Positions 8,087 to 17,396 of a DNA stretch of 64,000 nucleotides are shown one piece after another. Numbering within the stretch: position 1 is the stretch's first letter; each line of letters begins with the position of its first letter. The position numbers and the translations under genes were made by a program. The notes under the pieces were generated by a model. That model searched no databases. It was not told the origin of the DNA and was given only the letters and a program-made list of their open reading frames with translations. The DNA is from Clostridiales bacterium (lineage in GTDB: Bacteria; Bacillota; Clostridia; Saccharofermentanales; Saccharofermentanaceae): contig JAFSPU010000010.1 in the NCBI GenBank assembly GCA_017451265.1, positions 6,818-70,817 on the forward strand, read 5' to 3'.

Positions 8087-9295
8087 TCATCCAACAAACT
8101 TCGCCATGGTAAAGATAGGCATTGCAATACCGCCTACAACAAGACCAATAATGATAGCCATGAAGATGAGCATTACAGGCTCAAGAGCCGCAGTCATCTT
8201 AGCTGTAGCTGCATCTGCTTCATCCTCGAAAAAGTCAGCAGCTTTATCAAGGATCGTATCAAGAGTACCGGACTCCTCACCGATTGCCGTCATGGCGTAA
8301 ATCATAGGAGGGAACTCTGTGATGTTCTTAATAGCCTTGGAAAGCGAAGTTCCTTTACGTATCTCAACTCTTGCATCAGCAAGCTTCTTCTCAAGAATAA
8401 CATTATCAAGAGAAGATCCTGTAATCTCAACTGCCGTAAGAACGGAGATACCGGACTTAAGGAGAGTGGATACTGTTCTTGTAAATCTGGCAGCAGCAGT
8501 CATCTTTGTAGCCTTACCTACAACAGGGATTCTAAGCATAAGCATATCCCACTGAGCATGGCCCTTCTCTGTTCTCTTCCAGGTTGTGAAACCGAAGATA
8601 GCACCGCCGACTACTATTACATAGATATACCAGTAATGAACCATTGAGTTGGATACTGCCATAATGAACTTTGTAAGTCCTGGCAGTTCACCGCCGAGTT
8701 CTGTAATCGTCTGGGCGATACCGGGAACGAGGAAGGTCATGAGACCTACTACGATTGCAATCGTCAAGAAGAACAGAATCTTAGGATATACCATCGCAGA
8801 TGAAACCTTGTTGTTGAGTTTTGCTTCCTTCTGAAAGTGGATAGCCAGACGCTCCATGATCTCATCAAGTCGACCGGACTCCTCACCTGCTGCAACCATC
8901 GAGCACATAATCGAAGGCAGAGCGTCCTTCTGATCCTTAAATGCATCGGACAGTGAACGTCCTGACTGAATCTGCTCGTAGATCTCACCGATACATCTCT
9001 TGGATCTCTTCGTCTCACACTGCTGATACAACATGTCCAGTGATCTAACTACAGTAATACCTGCAGAAAGAAGTGAGGCGAGCTGTCTTGAGATCATTAC
9101 AAGCTCTTTTGTGTTAAGCCTCTTACTGCCAATCTCCATATTGGCAATACCCTGGCCTTTATCAAGTTCAAGTGAGACGATGTACTTTCCGTCGGCCTTG
9201 AGCTTTCTTGATGCATCAGCTACGCTTGCTGCATCCAGAACGCCTGTAGACGACTTGCCGGCATTGTCCAGAACTTGATATCTGAAATTAGGCAT
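8087..9295 (-). CDS. pilC: PilC/GspF platform protein
   Basis: AGEESGRLD, AMVYP, IGEESGTLD and LEP motifs. Confidence 0.95.
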   Translation of the reverse strand: MPNFRYQVLDNAGKSSTGVLDAASVADASRKLKADGKYIVSLELDKGQGIANMEIGSKRLNTKELVMISRQLASLLSAGITVVRSLDMLYQQCETKRSKRCIGEIYEQIQSGRSLSDAFKDQKDALPSIMCSMVAAGEESGRLDEIMERLAIHFQKEAKLNNKVSSAMVYPKILFFLTIAIVVGLMTFLVPGIAQTITELGGELPGLTKFIMAVSNSMVHYWYIYVIVVGGAIFGFTTWKRTEKGHAQWDMLMLRIPVVGKATKMTAAARFTRTVSTLLKSGISVLTAVEITGSSLDNVILEKKLADARVEIRKGTSLSKAIKNITEFPPMIYAMTAIGEESGTLDTILDKAADFFEDEADAATAKMTAALEPVMLIFMAIIIGLVVGGIAMPIFTMAKFVG

Positions 9296-9321
9296 ATGTC
9301 ATTCCTCCTATATTAATTTAC

Positions 9322-10437
9322 TTACTGAAAATCAATATCCCCGAACAGAGGGCTGTTAGTGGGACCACCAACATTATTGATATATCTCTTAAGATCATCA
9401 GGGAAACGGCATCTCTGCATAGCTGTTTCTCTGGAGATGATCTTACGCTTAACGAGTTCTGCAAGATAGAAGTCAAGAGGACACATACCTGCTGAAAGGT
9501 TAGTAGCGATAGCACTGTCGATCTGATATGTCTTACCTTCACGGATGTTATTACGGATAGCATCGTTGGCAAGCATGATCTCGAAAGCCGCACAACGTCC
9601 GCCCGAAATCCTCGGTACGAGAGTCTGACAGATAACAGCTACAAGAATTGAACCGAGCTGTACTCTGATCTGATCCTGCTGATGAGGAGGGAAAACGTCG
9701 ATAATACGGTTAACTGTATCAGAAGCGGATGACGTATGGAGTGTAGAAAGAACCAAGTGTCCTGTCTCAGCAGCGGTGATAGCTGTACTGATTGTATCAA
9801 GGTCACGCATCTCACCTACGAGAATTACATCAGGGTCCTCACGGAGGGCAGCTCTCAAAGCGTTAGCAAAGGAGAGTGTATCCTCGTGAACTTCTCTCTG
9901 GTTGATCATGGCCTCTCCGTGATTATGGAGATACTCGATAGGCTCCTCAAGTGTGAGTACATGACATCTCTTTACGCTGTTGATATGTCCTACCATAGCG
10001 GCAAGAGTAGTGGACTTACCGGAACCCGTAGGGCCGGTAACGAGGATCAATCCTCTCGGCTTAAGAGCAAGATCCTTGAACAACAGCGGCAGACCAAGTC
10101 TTTCGCATGTAGGGATCTCATTCGTAATTGTTCTTGCGGCAAGGGCAAAGCTGCCTCTCTGCTTGTAGATGTTACATCTGAAACGGCTGTAATCCGCAAC
10201 AACGTATGAGAAGTCGATTTCACCTCTCTCGGCAAGATACTGCTGTCTTGACTTATCAACCATTGACTTACAAAGGAACTCTGTGTCCTCAGGTGTCAAA
10301 ATCTGATTTGTCAAAGGCATGAGCTCTCCCGATACTCTGATCATCGGAGGGAGACCGGCTGTGATATGCGTATCCGATGCTCCTCTTCTGACAGACTCTG
10401 CCAGAATCGCCTCCATTGTAAGGCTGAATCCTTCCAC
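9322..10437 (-). CDS. pilT: PilT retraction ATPase
   Basis: GPTGSGKSTT, LREDPDVILVGEMRD, AIRNNIRE (AIRNLIRE-like). Confidence 0.95.
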   Translation of the reverse strand: MEGFSLTMEAILAESVRRGASDTHITAGLPPMIRVSGELMPLTNQILTPEDTEFLCKSMVDKSRQQYLAERGEIDFSYVVADYSRFRCNIYKQRGSFALAARTITNEIPTCERLGLPLLFKDLALKPRGLILVTGPTGSGKSTTLAAMVGHINSVKRCHVLTLEEPIEYLHNHGEAMINQREVHEDTLSFANALRAALREDPDVILVGEMRDLDTISTAITAAETGHLVLSTLHTSSASDTVNRIIDVFPPHQQDQIRVQLGSILVAVICQTLVPRISGGRCAAFEIMLANDAIRNNIREGKTYQIDSAIATNLSAGMCPLDFYLAELVKRKIISRETAMQRCRFPDDLKRYINNVGGPTNSPLFGDIDFQ

Positions 10438-10456
10438 TTTCTGTACCTCCTGTTTA

Positions 10457-12127
10457 TTATCCGTCTACTGAATATGCAACTCTGTTTGCTTCATCAAGTG
10501 TCGTGATTCCCTCGACAACAAGAGAAAGCGCTGAATCCATGAGCATCTGTGTACCCTCCTTAACGGCGAGCTGTCTCATGTCTTCTTCCGGTGCTCTCTT
10601 CTCGAGCAGTACCTTCATTCCCTTTGTGATTACGACTACCTCATGGATAGCGATTCGGCCCCTATAACCGGAACCGTTACAATCTGTACAGCCTTCACCC
10701 TTATAGAGCTTCTGACCGGGCTCGAAACCATACTGGTTAATAACATCTTCTTCTGCGTCATACGGCTTTCTGCAATTGGTGCAGATACGGCGTACAAGAC
10801 GCTGAGCTACTACTCCTACGAGAGCCGAAGAAACCATGTAAGGCTCGAGACCCATATCAACGAGACGGTTGATAGAGGATACAGCGTCGTTCGTATGGAT
10901 AGTACTGAATACCAAGTGACCTGTGATAGCAGCTCTCATCGCGATCTCAGCTGTCTCACCGTCTCGAATCTCACCGACGAGGATGATATCCGGGTCCTGA
11001 CGGAGAATAGAACGGAGACCTGATGCGAAGGTCATACCTGCCTTGGCATTAACCTGGACCTGATTGAGTCCGGGGATACGGATCTCGACAGGGTCCTCAA
11101 CTGTGATGATGTTAACTTCAGGTGTGTTCTTCTCTGAAAGAAGAGTATAAAGAGTAGTTGTCTTACCTGAACCTGTAGGTCCTGAGATAAGGCAGATTCC
11201 CTGAGGAACCTTGATGATCTTGTTGATCATGTCGTTGTTGTGATCAGAGATACCGAGATATCTTCTGTTCAGGTTACCGTCGTTCTTGGCAAGGATACGG
11301 ATAACCGTCTTCTCACCCCAGATGGTAGGAAGTATGGATACACGCATGTCGACAGGAGTGCCGTTGATCTCTGTCTGGATACGGCCGTCCTGAGGGATAC
11401 GCTTCTCGGCGATGTTCATTCCGCCGAGGATCTTAATTCTTGTTGTGATTGCTTCTCTGGCATTAACAGGGTTACTCATGATCTCCTGCATAACACCGTC
11501 GATACGGATACGGACTCGTACGCGATCTTCCATCGGTTCGATATGAATATCTGATGAACCTGCTCTGATAGCGAAGTCGATCATGGAGTTAACGAGCTTT
11601 ACTACAGGAGCACTATTAACCTGATCTGCAATCTCATCAGATAGGCCCTCGATTTCTTCTCCCGCAAGGTCCTCACCAAGCTCCTTAGCAGCCTCGGAAG
11701 AACTCATCTTACCGTAGTTGACCTTGATGGTATCAAGGATTCCGGATCTGGTAGCAAGCATCAGAACGATCTCATAACCGGTTCTGAACTGCAGGTCATC
11801 CTGAACAAGGATATTAAGCGGGTCATCGATGGCAACAACAAGGTTATCGCCGTCAAAACCGATAGGTACTACTACATTCTCGGTACAATACTTCTCGTTC
11901 AGAAGGTCCAATGCCTTAGGATCGACGTCAATACTTGTAAGATCGATGATAGGGTAACTGTACTGGCTGGAAACTGCACGGAGAATGTCAAACTCTGACA
12001 TAAGTCCCATTTCGGTGATAACTTCACCAAGTCGTTTTCCGCTCTCTTTCTGAACACTTAATGCTTCTGCTAGTTCGGCTGCTGTCAGGAATCCACTCTC
12101 GATGAGGATGTCTCCCAAGCGCTTCAT
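10457..12127 (-). CDS. pilB: PilB extension ATPase with N-terminal MshEN domain
   Basis: GPTGSGKTTT, LRQDPD, CTNC..CTDC zinc site; start moved to MKRLGD at 12127. Confidence 0.95.
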   Translation of the reverse strand: MKRLGDILIESGFLTAAELAEALSVQKESGKRLGEVITEMGLMSEFDILRAVSSQYSYPIIDLTSIDVDPKALDLLNEKYCTENVVVPIGFDGDNLVVAIDDPLNILVQDDLQFRTGYEIVLMLATRSGILDTIKVNYGKMSSSEAAKELGEDLAGEEIEGLSDEIADQVNSAPVVKLVNSMIDFAIRAGSSDIHIEPMEDRVRVRIRIDGVMQEIMSNPVNAREAITTRIKILGGMNIAEKRIPQDGRIQTEINGTPVDMRVSILPTIWGEKTVIRILAKNDGNLNRRYLGISDHNNDMINKIIKVPQGICLISGPTGSGKTTTLYTLLSEKNTPEVNIITVEDPVEIRIPGLNQVQVNAKAGMTFASGLRSILRQDPDIILVGEIRDGETAEIAMRAAITGHLVFSTIHTNDAVSSINRLVDMGLEPYMVSSALVGVVAQRLVRRICTNCRKPYDAEEDVINQYGFEPGQKLYKGEGCTDCNGSGYRGRIAIHEVVVITKGMKVLLEKRAPEEDMRQLAVKEGTQMLMDSALSLVVEGITTLDEANRVAYSVDG

Positions 12128-12224
12128 GTTAGCCTCAGATCCAATCATGTTCCACTCCGTAAAATGCACCGCAAAAATAATTTGGGTGGCTAAAATGCAT
12201 ACCACCCCTTGGTACATCTATAAA

Positions 12225-12253
12225 ACTATACAACAGGACACTGTAAAAAACAA
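12225..12253 (-). promoter_or_regulatory. Putative sigmaA promoter of the pil operon
   Basis: TTGTTT-17nt-TATAGT. Confidence 0.4.
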
Positions 12254-12349
12254 GTTTTTTTGGTAACTTTGCTATTAAGTGGAAAATACAAGTACTATTA
12301 ATTATAATTAATAAGATATTTACATAATTAATAGGTTTCGGAGGTTCAT

Positions 12350-13075
12350 ATGTCAGGTCATTCCAAGTGGAATAATATCAAGCGAAAGAAAGAGGCATCG
12401 GATTCAGCAAAGGGTGCCGTCTTTACCAAGATGGCCAAGCTCATCGCCATCGCAGTTAAGCAAGGAGGACCTGATCCCGACGGTAATTCCAAGCTCAAGG
12501 ACGTAATTGCCAAGGCCAAGGCAGCCAACATGCCTAACGACAACATCAAGCGTGCCATCCAGAAGGCAGCAGGCGCCGGCGAGGGCGATGATTACGAAGA
12601 GATCCAGTACGAGGGCTACGGTCCCGGCGGAATCGCAATCATGGTCCGCGCACTCACTAACAACCGTAACCGTACGGCCGCAGACGTAAGACACATCTTC
12701 TCCAAGCACGGAGGTCAGCTCGGCGTTGACGGCAGCGTTGTTTTCCTTTTCGAGGAGAAAGGCGTTATCCTCATCAGCCGCGAGGACTTCGAGGACGAGG
12801 ACAAGGTTATGGAGGATGCTCTCGAGGCTGGTGCTTCCGACTTCATCGCTGAGGACGAGTACTACGAGGTAGATACCGGTGCAGACGAGTACTACGAGGT
12901 AAAGGATGCTCTCGAGGCTAAGGGCTACGAGTTCATCGATGCAAGCCTCGGACCGGTCGCTATCACATCCAACAAGGTTGAGGACCCTGCCATCTGTGAG
13001 AGTCTCGAGAAGATGCTCGACATGATGGAAGAGAACGAAGATATCCAGGAAGTCTATCACAACTGGGATAACTGA
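12350..13075 (+). CDS. yebC: YebC/PmpR family protein
   Basis: MSGHSKWNNIKRKK, YEGYGPGG, TNNRNRT. Confidence 0.97.
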   Translation: MSGHSKWNNIKRKKEASDSAKGAVFTKMAKLIAIAVKQGGPDPDGNSKLKDVIAKAKAANMPNDNIKRAIQKAAGAGEGDDYEEIQYEGYGPGGIAIMVRALTNNRNRTAADVRHIFSKHGGQLGVDGSVVFLFEEKGVILISREDFEDEDKVMEDALEAGASDFIAEDEYYEVDTGADEYYEVKDALEAKGYEFIDASLGPVAITSNKVEDPAICESLEKMLDMMEENEDIQEVYHNWDN

Positions 13076-14091
13076 TGTCCGACATCCAGAACAAACCTGC
13101 AGTTGAGCCCAAAAGGACTAAACTGATACCCGAGCTTCGAGCCACTTTGAAGCAGATCAATCTGGCGAGTGATACCACGCGAAATAAACCCGAACTCGGA
13201 ACGGATGCGATTCTTCAAAGCGAGGCACTGACTCGCGAGTTTTTATCAAACATAGCTATCATAGCCTTTGTTGGTCAGTCAGGCACGGGAAAAAGCACCC
13301 GTGCTATCGCTGTAGCACGACAGAATAACATCGATTATCTGATTGATGATGGTCTCCTCATCAACGGAGGAAGAATCGTGGCAGGCACCTCGGCAAAGAA
13401 GGCTCCGAGCAAGATGGAGTCAGTAAGGCAGGCGCTTTTCGTGGACCCGACAAGATCTCAGGTAATGAGACGAGCGATCGTTGAATCCTCCCCTACCGCC
13501 ATCATGATCCTCGGTACGAGTGATTCGATGCTAGAGAAGATCACAACCAACCTCTGGCTTAACAAGCCATCCATGCTTATAAGGATCGAGGATGTATCGA
13601 CTGAAGAAGAAAGAAGGCATGCCAGAAACACCAGAATGAATGAGGGAATGCATACCATTCCCGTACCCAGTATGGAGATCAAGCATGAGTTCTCCGGCTA
13701 CTTCTCTGATCCTCTGGACAAGATCAGAAGCAGACTGAATCTGGAGGAAGGCGGAGTAGCTTTGGATGGTGAGAATGAGCGTACCATGATCCGTCCCACC
13801 TTCTCTTCCCTGGGCTCATACTCGATTTCTGATGATGCCCTGATGGAACTTATTGAGATTACACTGAAGGATCTGCCGGGATACGGCAGTATCTTAAGCT
13901 TCAAGAGTGAGAAAAGAACTATCGGCGTTGTATTTACAATTGATCTGGCTTTGCTGTACGGCTTTGATGCACAGAAGGTTCTGTTCGATGCCCAGCAGGC
14001 TATCGGCAATGCCGTAGAGAAGTTCACTGCGATTACTGTCGTCTCTGTCGATATCAGAGCCGGCAGGCTTGTTCACGGAAAGGAGAACTGA
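13075..14091 (+). CDS. P-loop protein with C-terminal Asp23/Gls24-like domain
   Basis: GQSGTGKS Walker A, IDDGLLI, RPTFS; C-terminus VEKFTAITVVSVDI. Confidence 0.75.
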   Translation: MSDIQNKPAVEPKRTKLIPELRATLKQINLASDTTRNKPELGTDAILQSEALTREFLSNIAIIAFVGQSGTGKSTRAIAVARQNNIDYLIDDGLLINGGRIVAGTSAKKAPSKMESVRQALFVDPTRSQVMRRAIVESSPTAIMILGTSDSMLEKITTNLWLNKPSMLIRIEDVSTEEERRHARNTRMNEGMHTIPVPSMEIKHEFSGYFSDPLDKIRSRLNLEEGGVALDGENERTMIRPTFSSLGSYSISDDALMELIEITLKDLPGYGSILSFKSEKRTIGVVFTIDLALLYGFDAQKVLFDAQQAIGNAVEKFTAITVVSVDIRAGRLVHGKEN

Positions 14092-14843
14092 TGAAAGAGA
14101 CCATCTATACCATCCCGGTTAATGACGCTTATAACGATCCTGAGTTCGAGTGTCCTCTTTGCAGGCTTCGCAAGAAGACAGAGGAGAATGAGATCGAGTA
14201 TTACCTCGGTCCCTCCCTCATGGAACCAGATACCAGAATAATAACCAATAAAACAGGCTTCTGTCCTGACCACATGGCTAAGCTTAATAAGCAGGTTACC
14301 AACAGACTCGGTCTGGCTTTGGTACTGCACACTCACCTTCTTGATTACGACGAGGATATTTCCAAGGATCTGGCTGACGCAGCTCCTGCCAAGGCGGGAC
14401 TTCTCAAGGGCAGATCAAACGACTATAAGGCTGCTTTAAAGTCCATCGCTGACAGGATTGATGCGAGGACAGCTACCTGCCCTGTCTGCGAGAAGATGAA
14501 CAAGACCATCGACCGCTATAACTTGGTCATCATGCACATGTTCTCTCATGATCCCGAGTTTAAGCAGAAGTTCATGAATACGAAGTCACATTGTCTTCCC
14601 CACACAGCCTCACTGCTTCGCACTGCTGCAGCCAAGCTGTCCCAAAATGACGCCAGCGACTTCGTCTCAGCTCTTGCAAAGTCCAATAAGGAATACTTCG
14701 AGGAGCTCGAGCATGATGTGGAATGGTTCACGCTGAAGTTCGACTATAGGAACAAGGAAAAGCCCTGGGGCAACAGCAAGAATGCCATCCAGCGTTCGAT
14801 GAGATTCTTATCTTCTGATACGGGTGAATATAATGAAGGATAA
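14091..14843 (+). CDS. DUF6062-like Cys/His-rich protein
   Basis: MKETIYTIPVN, CPLC, GFCPDH, CPVC, CLPH, KFDYRN. Confidence 0.75.
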   Translation: MKETIYTIPVNDAYNDPEFECPLCRLRKKTEENEIEYYLGPSLMEPDTRIITNKTGFCPDHMAKLNKQVTNRLGLALVLHTHLLDYDEDISKDLADAAPAKAGLLKGRSNDYKAALKSIADRIDARTATCPVCEKMNKTIDRYNLVIMHMFSHDPEFKQKFMNTKSHCLPHTASLLRTAAAKLSQNDASDFVSALAKSNKEYFEELEHDVEWFTLKFDYRNKEKPWGNSKNAIQRSMRFLSSDTGEYNEG

Positions 14844-15243
14844 TAATATAAATACAGATCTTAATATTGAGCTCATGACTGATTATGCCATTGACGTTTC
14901 AGAGAGCGCCAATGGCCTGTGTGTTCTTATCAAACACGACTACTATTCCACTGATAATGACAACGGCAGAGCTATGCTGGACTGCTTTCTTAACTCACTG
15001 ACAGTATCATCTGAGAGGATCTTTCTTCTCATCATCACGGACAGTGCAGTTAAGCTCCTGGATACATCAGATAAGCTCAAGGCCCTCATTAAGGCTGTTA
15101 ATATGACGCTGATCGATAATGACAGTGCCGCTTATTATGATGTCGTTCTGGATTCTTATCTCTCCGATAAGGCGCACGCTGTTCCGATGTCCGAGATCAC
15201 TGACCAGATAATCGAATCAAGACCTGGACTTATCATAGAGTAA
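14824..15243 (+). CDS. DsrE/YedF-like hypothetical protein
   Basis: GRAMLDCF..L, AVKL and MSEI pattern resemble the YedF DsrE-like domain; the family CxxC is absent. Confidence 0.45.
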   Translation: MNIMKDNNINTDLNIELMTDYAIDVSESANGLCVLIKHDYYSTDNDNGRAMLDCFLNSLTVSSERIFLLIITDSAVKLLDTSDKLKALIKAVNMTLIDNDSAAYYDVVLDSYLSDKAHAVPMSEITDQIIESRPGLIIE

Positions 15244-15266
15244 TCTCATTTATTTCATTAAGGCAT

Positions 15267-15297
15267 AAAAAGAGGATCGGTTTCCCGATCCTCTTCA
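15267..15297. terminator. Intrinsic terminator between convergent genes (strongest on the minus strand)
   Basis: AAGAGGATCGG-GAAA-CCGATCCTCTT plus T-run on the minus strand. Confidence 0.85.
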
Positions 15298-15318
15298 TTT
15301 GTTTGATTGTTCTTACGA

Positions 15319-17253
15319 TCAAGCTGTGAAGTATCCGCACTCTTCAGTTACAACTGAGAAGTCAGTGTTATCTCTGTAAGCCTCATTACGATAATCAATC
15401 TGACCAGGAATGGAGGGACAGTAAGGTACATTCAAGTGTCCACCGGCATCTGTACTATTCGGGAGACTACCGGCAGCTATACGACCGTAGTAAATAATAC
15501 CGCTTCCACCGCTATCTGTTCCCGCTGCAACATTATGCAAAGCCAGAGAAGCACCATCACTACCACGTGTAGTAGAAGGGAAGAAACCCAAGTACGCTGT
15601 ACATACAACTCCACCATTTGTTGCAGTATCACCGAGTGTAAGTGCTGTTCCACCAGTATATGCAGCAAATATATAAATTCTGGGCGTGGTAGTCTGGTTC
15701 AGCTTATGTACATCAAGGTAATCCGTGCCGTTAAAGCATCTGGGGTCAACAAAACCAGTAACAGCAGTCTTGTCTGACGTGTTAACAGAAATACTAGAAC
15801 TACCCTCCAAAACAAAGACTACATTATGCTCTGCGGTATCAGCACTCGAGATAATGAATCTGCCTCCGTTGGAAATCGTAAAACTTCCTTTAACATATAT
15901 AATGATATCACCACCAGTAACATCGCAATTGACAGCATGAGTAATTGCTGCTCCATCAATATAGTAGTAACCGGCTGTCAGGCTGCTGGTAGAAGTTGTG
16001 ATTTCTCCGGCAGTAGGATGATCAGAGGACTTTCCGTAAGTATCAACGACTTCACCAGTAGTATCTACAACGGAATCACTAACGGTCAAATAACTTGAAA
16101 TATCAGGAACTTTATCGGTACCACTATTGAAATGAGTCCAATTCGATGGAGCGGAAGCAAGATATGTACCAGTACCAGTCTCATAGCTAACACTTCCTGC
16201 TATTCCCCACGGATGTTCTGAATTGTAACCAGGCAGGAAAGGAGTGTTGCTGGCATTTCCATAAGTGGTTCCACCTTCATTATTAAAGCCTGTGGAATCA
16301 ATATTGAGTCGGTTGCTGACACCAGCAGCGTCAAGAGCTCTGTAATCGAAATATACGTTTCTAAAGGTAGACATTGTCGTTCCGGCATCATTTCCGATAA
16401 ACGGAGTGTTAGAACCCCAGAAATATATATCTCCTCTATCCGTAGTATTCAGCGGTGTACCCGTCTGGCTAGTCCCTTCAAAATCAAAGATGGCATCTTC
16501 ACCTACAAAATAAACATCATCAGTAAAAACCGCATCTCTCAGATAGATATGGCCAGTAGCAAGAACTCTACAATAAAAGCCGGAACCATCTCTATTGGAT
16601 GTAACACCCGTACCACGCAAGAAAATAATATTATCAGGCGCCTCATATTCCTGCTGCTTCATCCAACCCTTCTCATTGCTGAATACAATTTGACTTGCAT
16701 CAACACCAAAGTTAAAGGAATTAAGCATACCGGGGTTACCGAGCTCAACACACATCTGGAACATAGGCTGAGGAACGCCCTCTCCAGAATTTCTTTTAAG
16801 AACTAAAGTATAATACTGCGTCTCACCATCAATGCTACACTTGCACTCAATACCAATTTTAGTTGGATTTCCAGCATCATCATTTGCCATCGAATAGAAA
16901 TATGCTGTTGTCTGAGTAGTCGAAGTTGTTCCCGGAGCAGCTGCTACCATACCAGGAACATCAGGAGAGGTGAAACTAACGAGCGTGTTACCCTTAGCAA
17001 GTCCCATCAATTCCTGATCGCTTAACTGCTGAGAGTAGATAGCCTGCCAGATTGACTGTGCCAGTGAAGTTACTGTAAGTCTTGCCTGGTCTGACTTGGC
17101 ATTAGAATAAACTCTCTGTCTTGCAGCAATTGAAATCATCAAAGAAGTGGTGATAAAGATCAATGCCACCGCTACGATGAATAAGATCGTAATAAGGATT
17201 ACGCCCTTCTTGTCATCTGCTAACCTAGTGCTTTGCTTGTTAGTCTTACGCAT
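15319..17253 (-). CDS. Large PilX/GspK-like minor pilin, putative tip adhesin (644 aa)
   Basis: KKG|VILITILFIV (no Glu5, as in K-type pilins), QARLTVTS, long Gly/Thr/Asn beta-rich C-terminus; start moved to ATG 17253. Confidence 0.75.
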   Translation of the reverse strand: MRKTNKQSTRLADDKKGVILITILFIVAVALIFITTSLMISIAARQRVYSNAKSDQARLTVTSLAQSIWQAIYSQQLSDQELMGLAKGNTLVSFTSPDVPGMVAAAPGTTSTTQTTAYFYSMANDDAGNPTKIGIECKCSIDGETQYYTLVLKRNSGEGVPQPMFQMCVELGNPGMLNSFNFGVDASQIVFSNEKGWMKQQEYEAPDNIIFLRGTGVTSNRDGSGFYCRVLATGHIYLRDAVFTDDVYFVGEDAIFDFEGTSQTGTPLNTTDRGDIYFWGSNTPFIGNDAGTTMSTFRNVYFDYRALDAAGVSNRLNIDSTGFNNEGGTTYGNASNTPFLPGYNSEHPWGIAGSVSYETGTGTYLASAPSNWTHFNSGTDKVPDISSYLTVSDSVVDTTGEVVDTYGKSSDHPTAGEITTSTSSLTAGYYYIDGAAITHAVNCDVTGGDIIIYVKGSFTISNGGRFIISSADTAEHNVVFVLEGSSSISVNTSDKTAVTGFVDPRCFNGTDYLDVHKLNQTTTPRIYIFAAYTGGTALTLGDTATNGGVVCTAYLGFFPSTTRGSDGASLALHNVAAGTDSGGSGIIYYGRIAAGSLPNSTDAGGHLNVPYCPSIPGQIDYRNEAYRDNTDFSVVTEECGYFTA

Positions 17254-17329
17254 AAACAGGTCCTTCCTCAAAGTATTACACCCCGCGCCGCATACATTAC
17301 GACGCAATTACACCTATACATATACAGTG

Positions 17330-17358
17330 ATTATAAGTCATGACTTTTTTATTTTCAA
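17330..17358 (-). promoter_or_regulatory. sigmaA promoter of the PilX-like gene with embedded palindrome
   Basis: TTGAAA-17nt-TATAAT; AAGTCATGACTT palindrome at 17335-17346. Confidence 0.75.
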
Positions 17359-17396
17359 TATGAAATAACACGAAAAAGTCACTTTCTATTCATATT

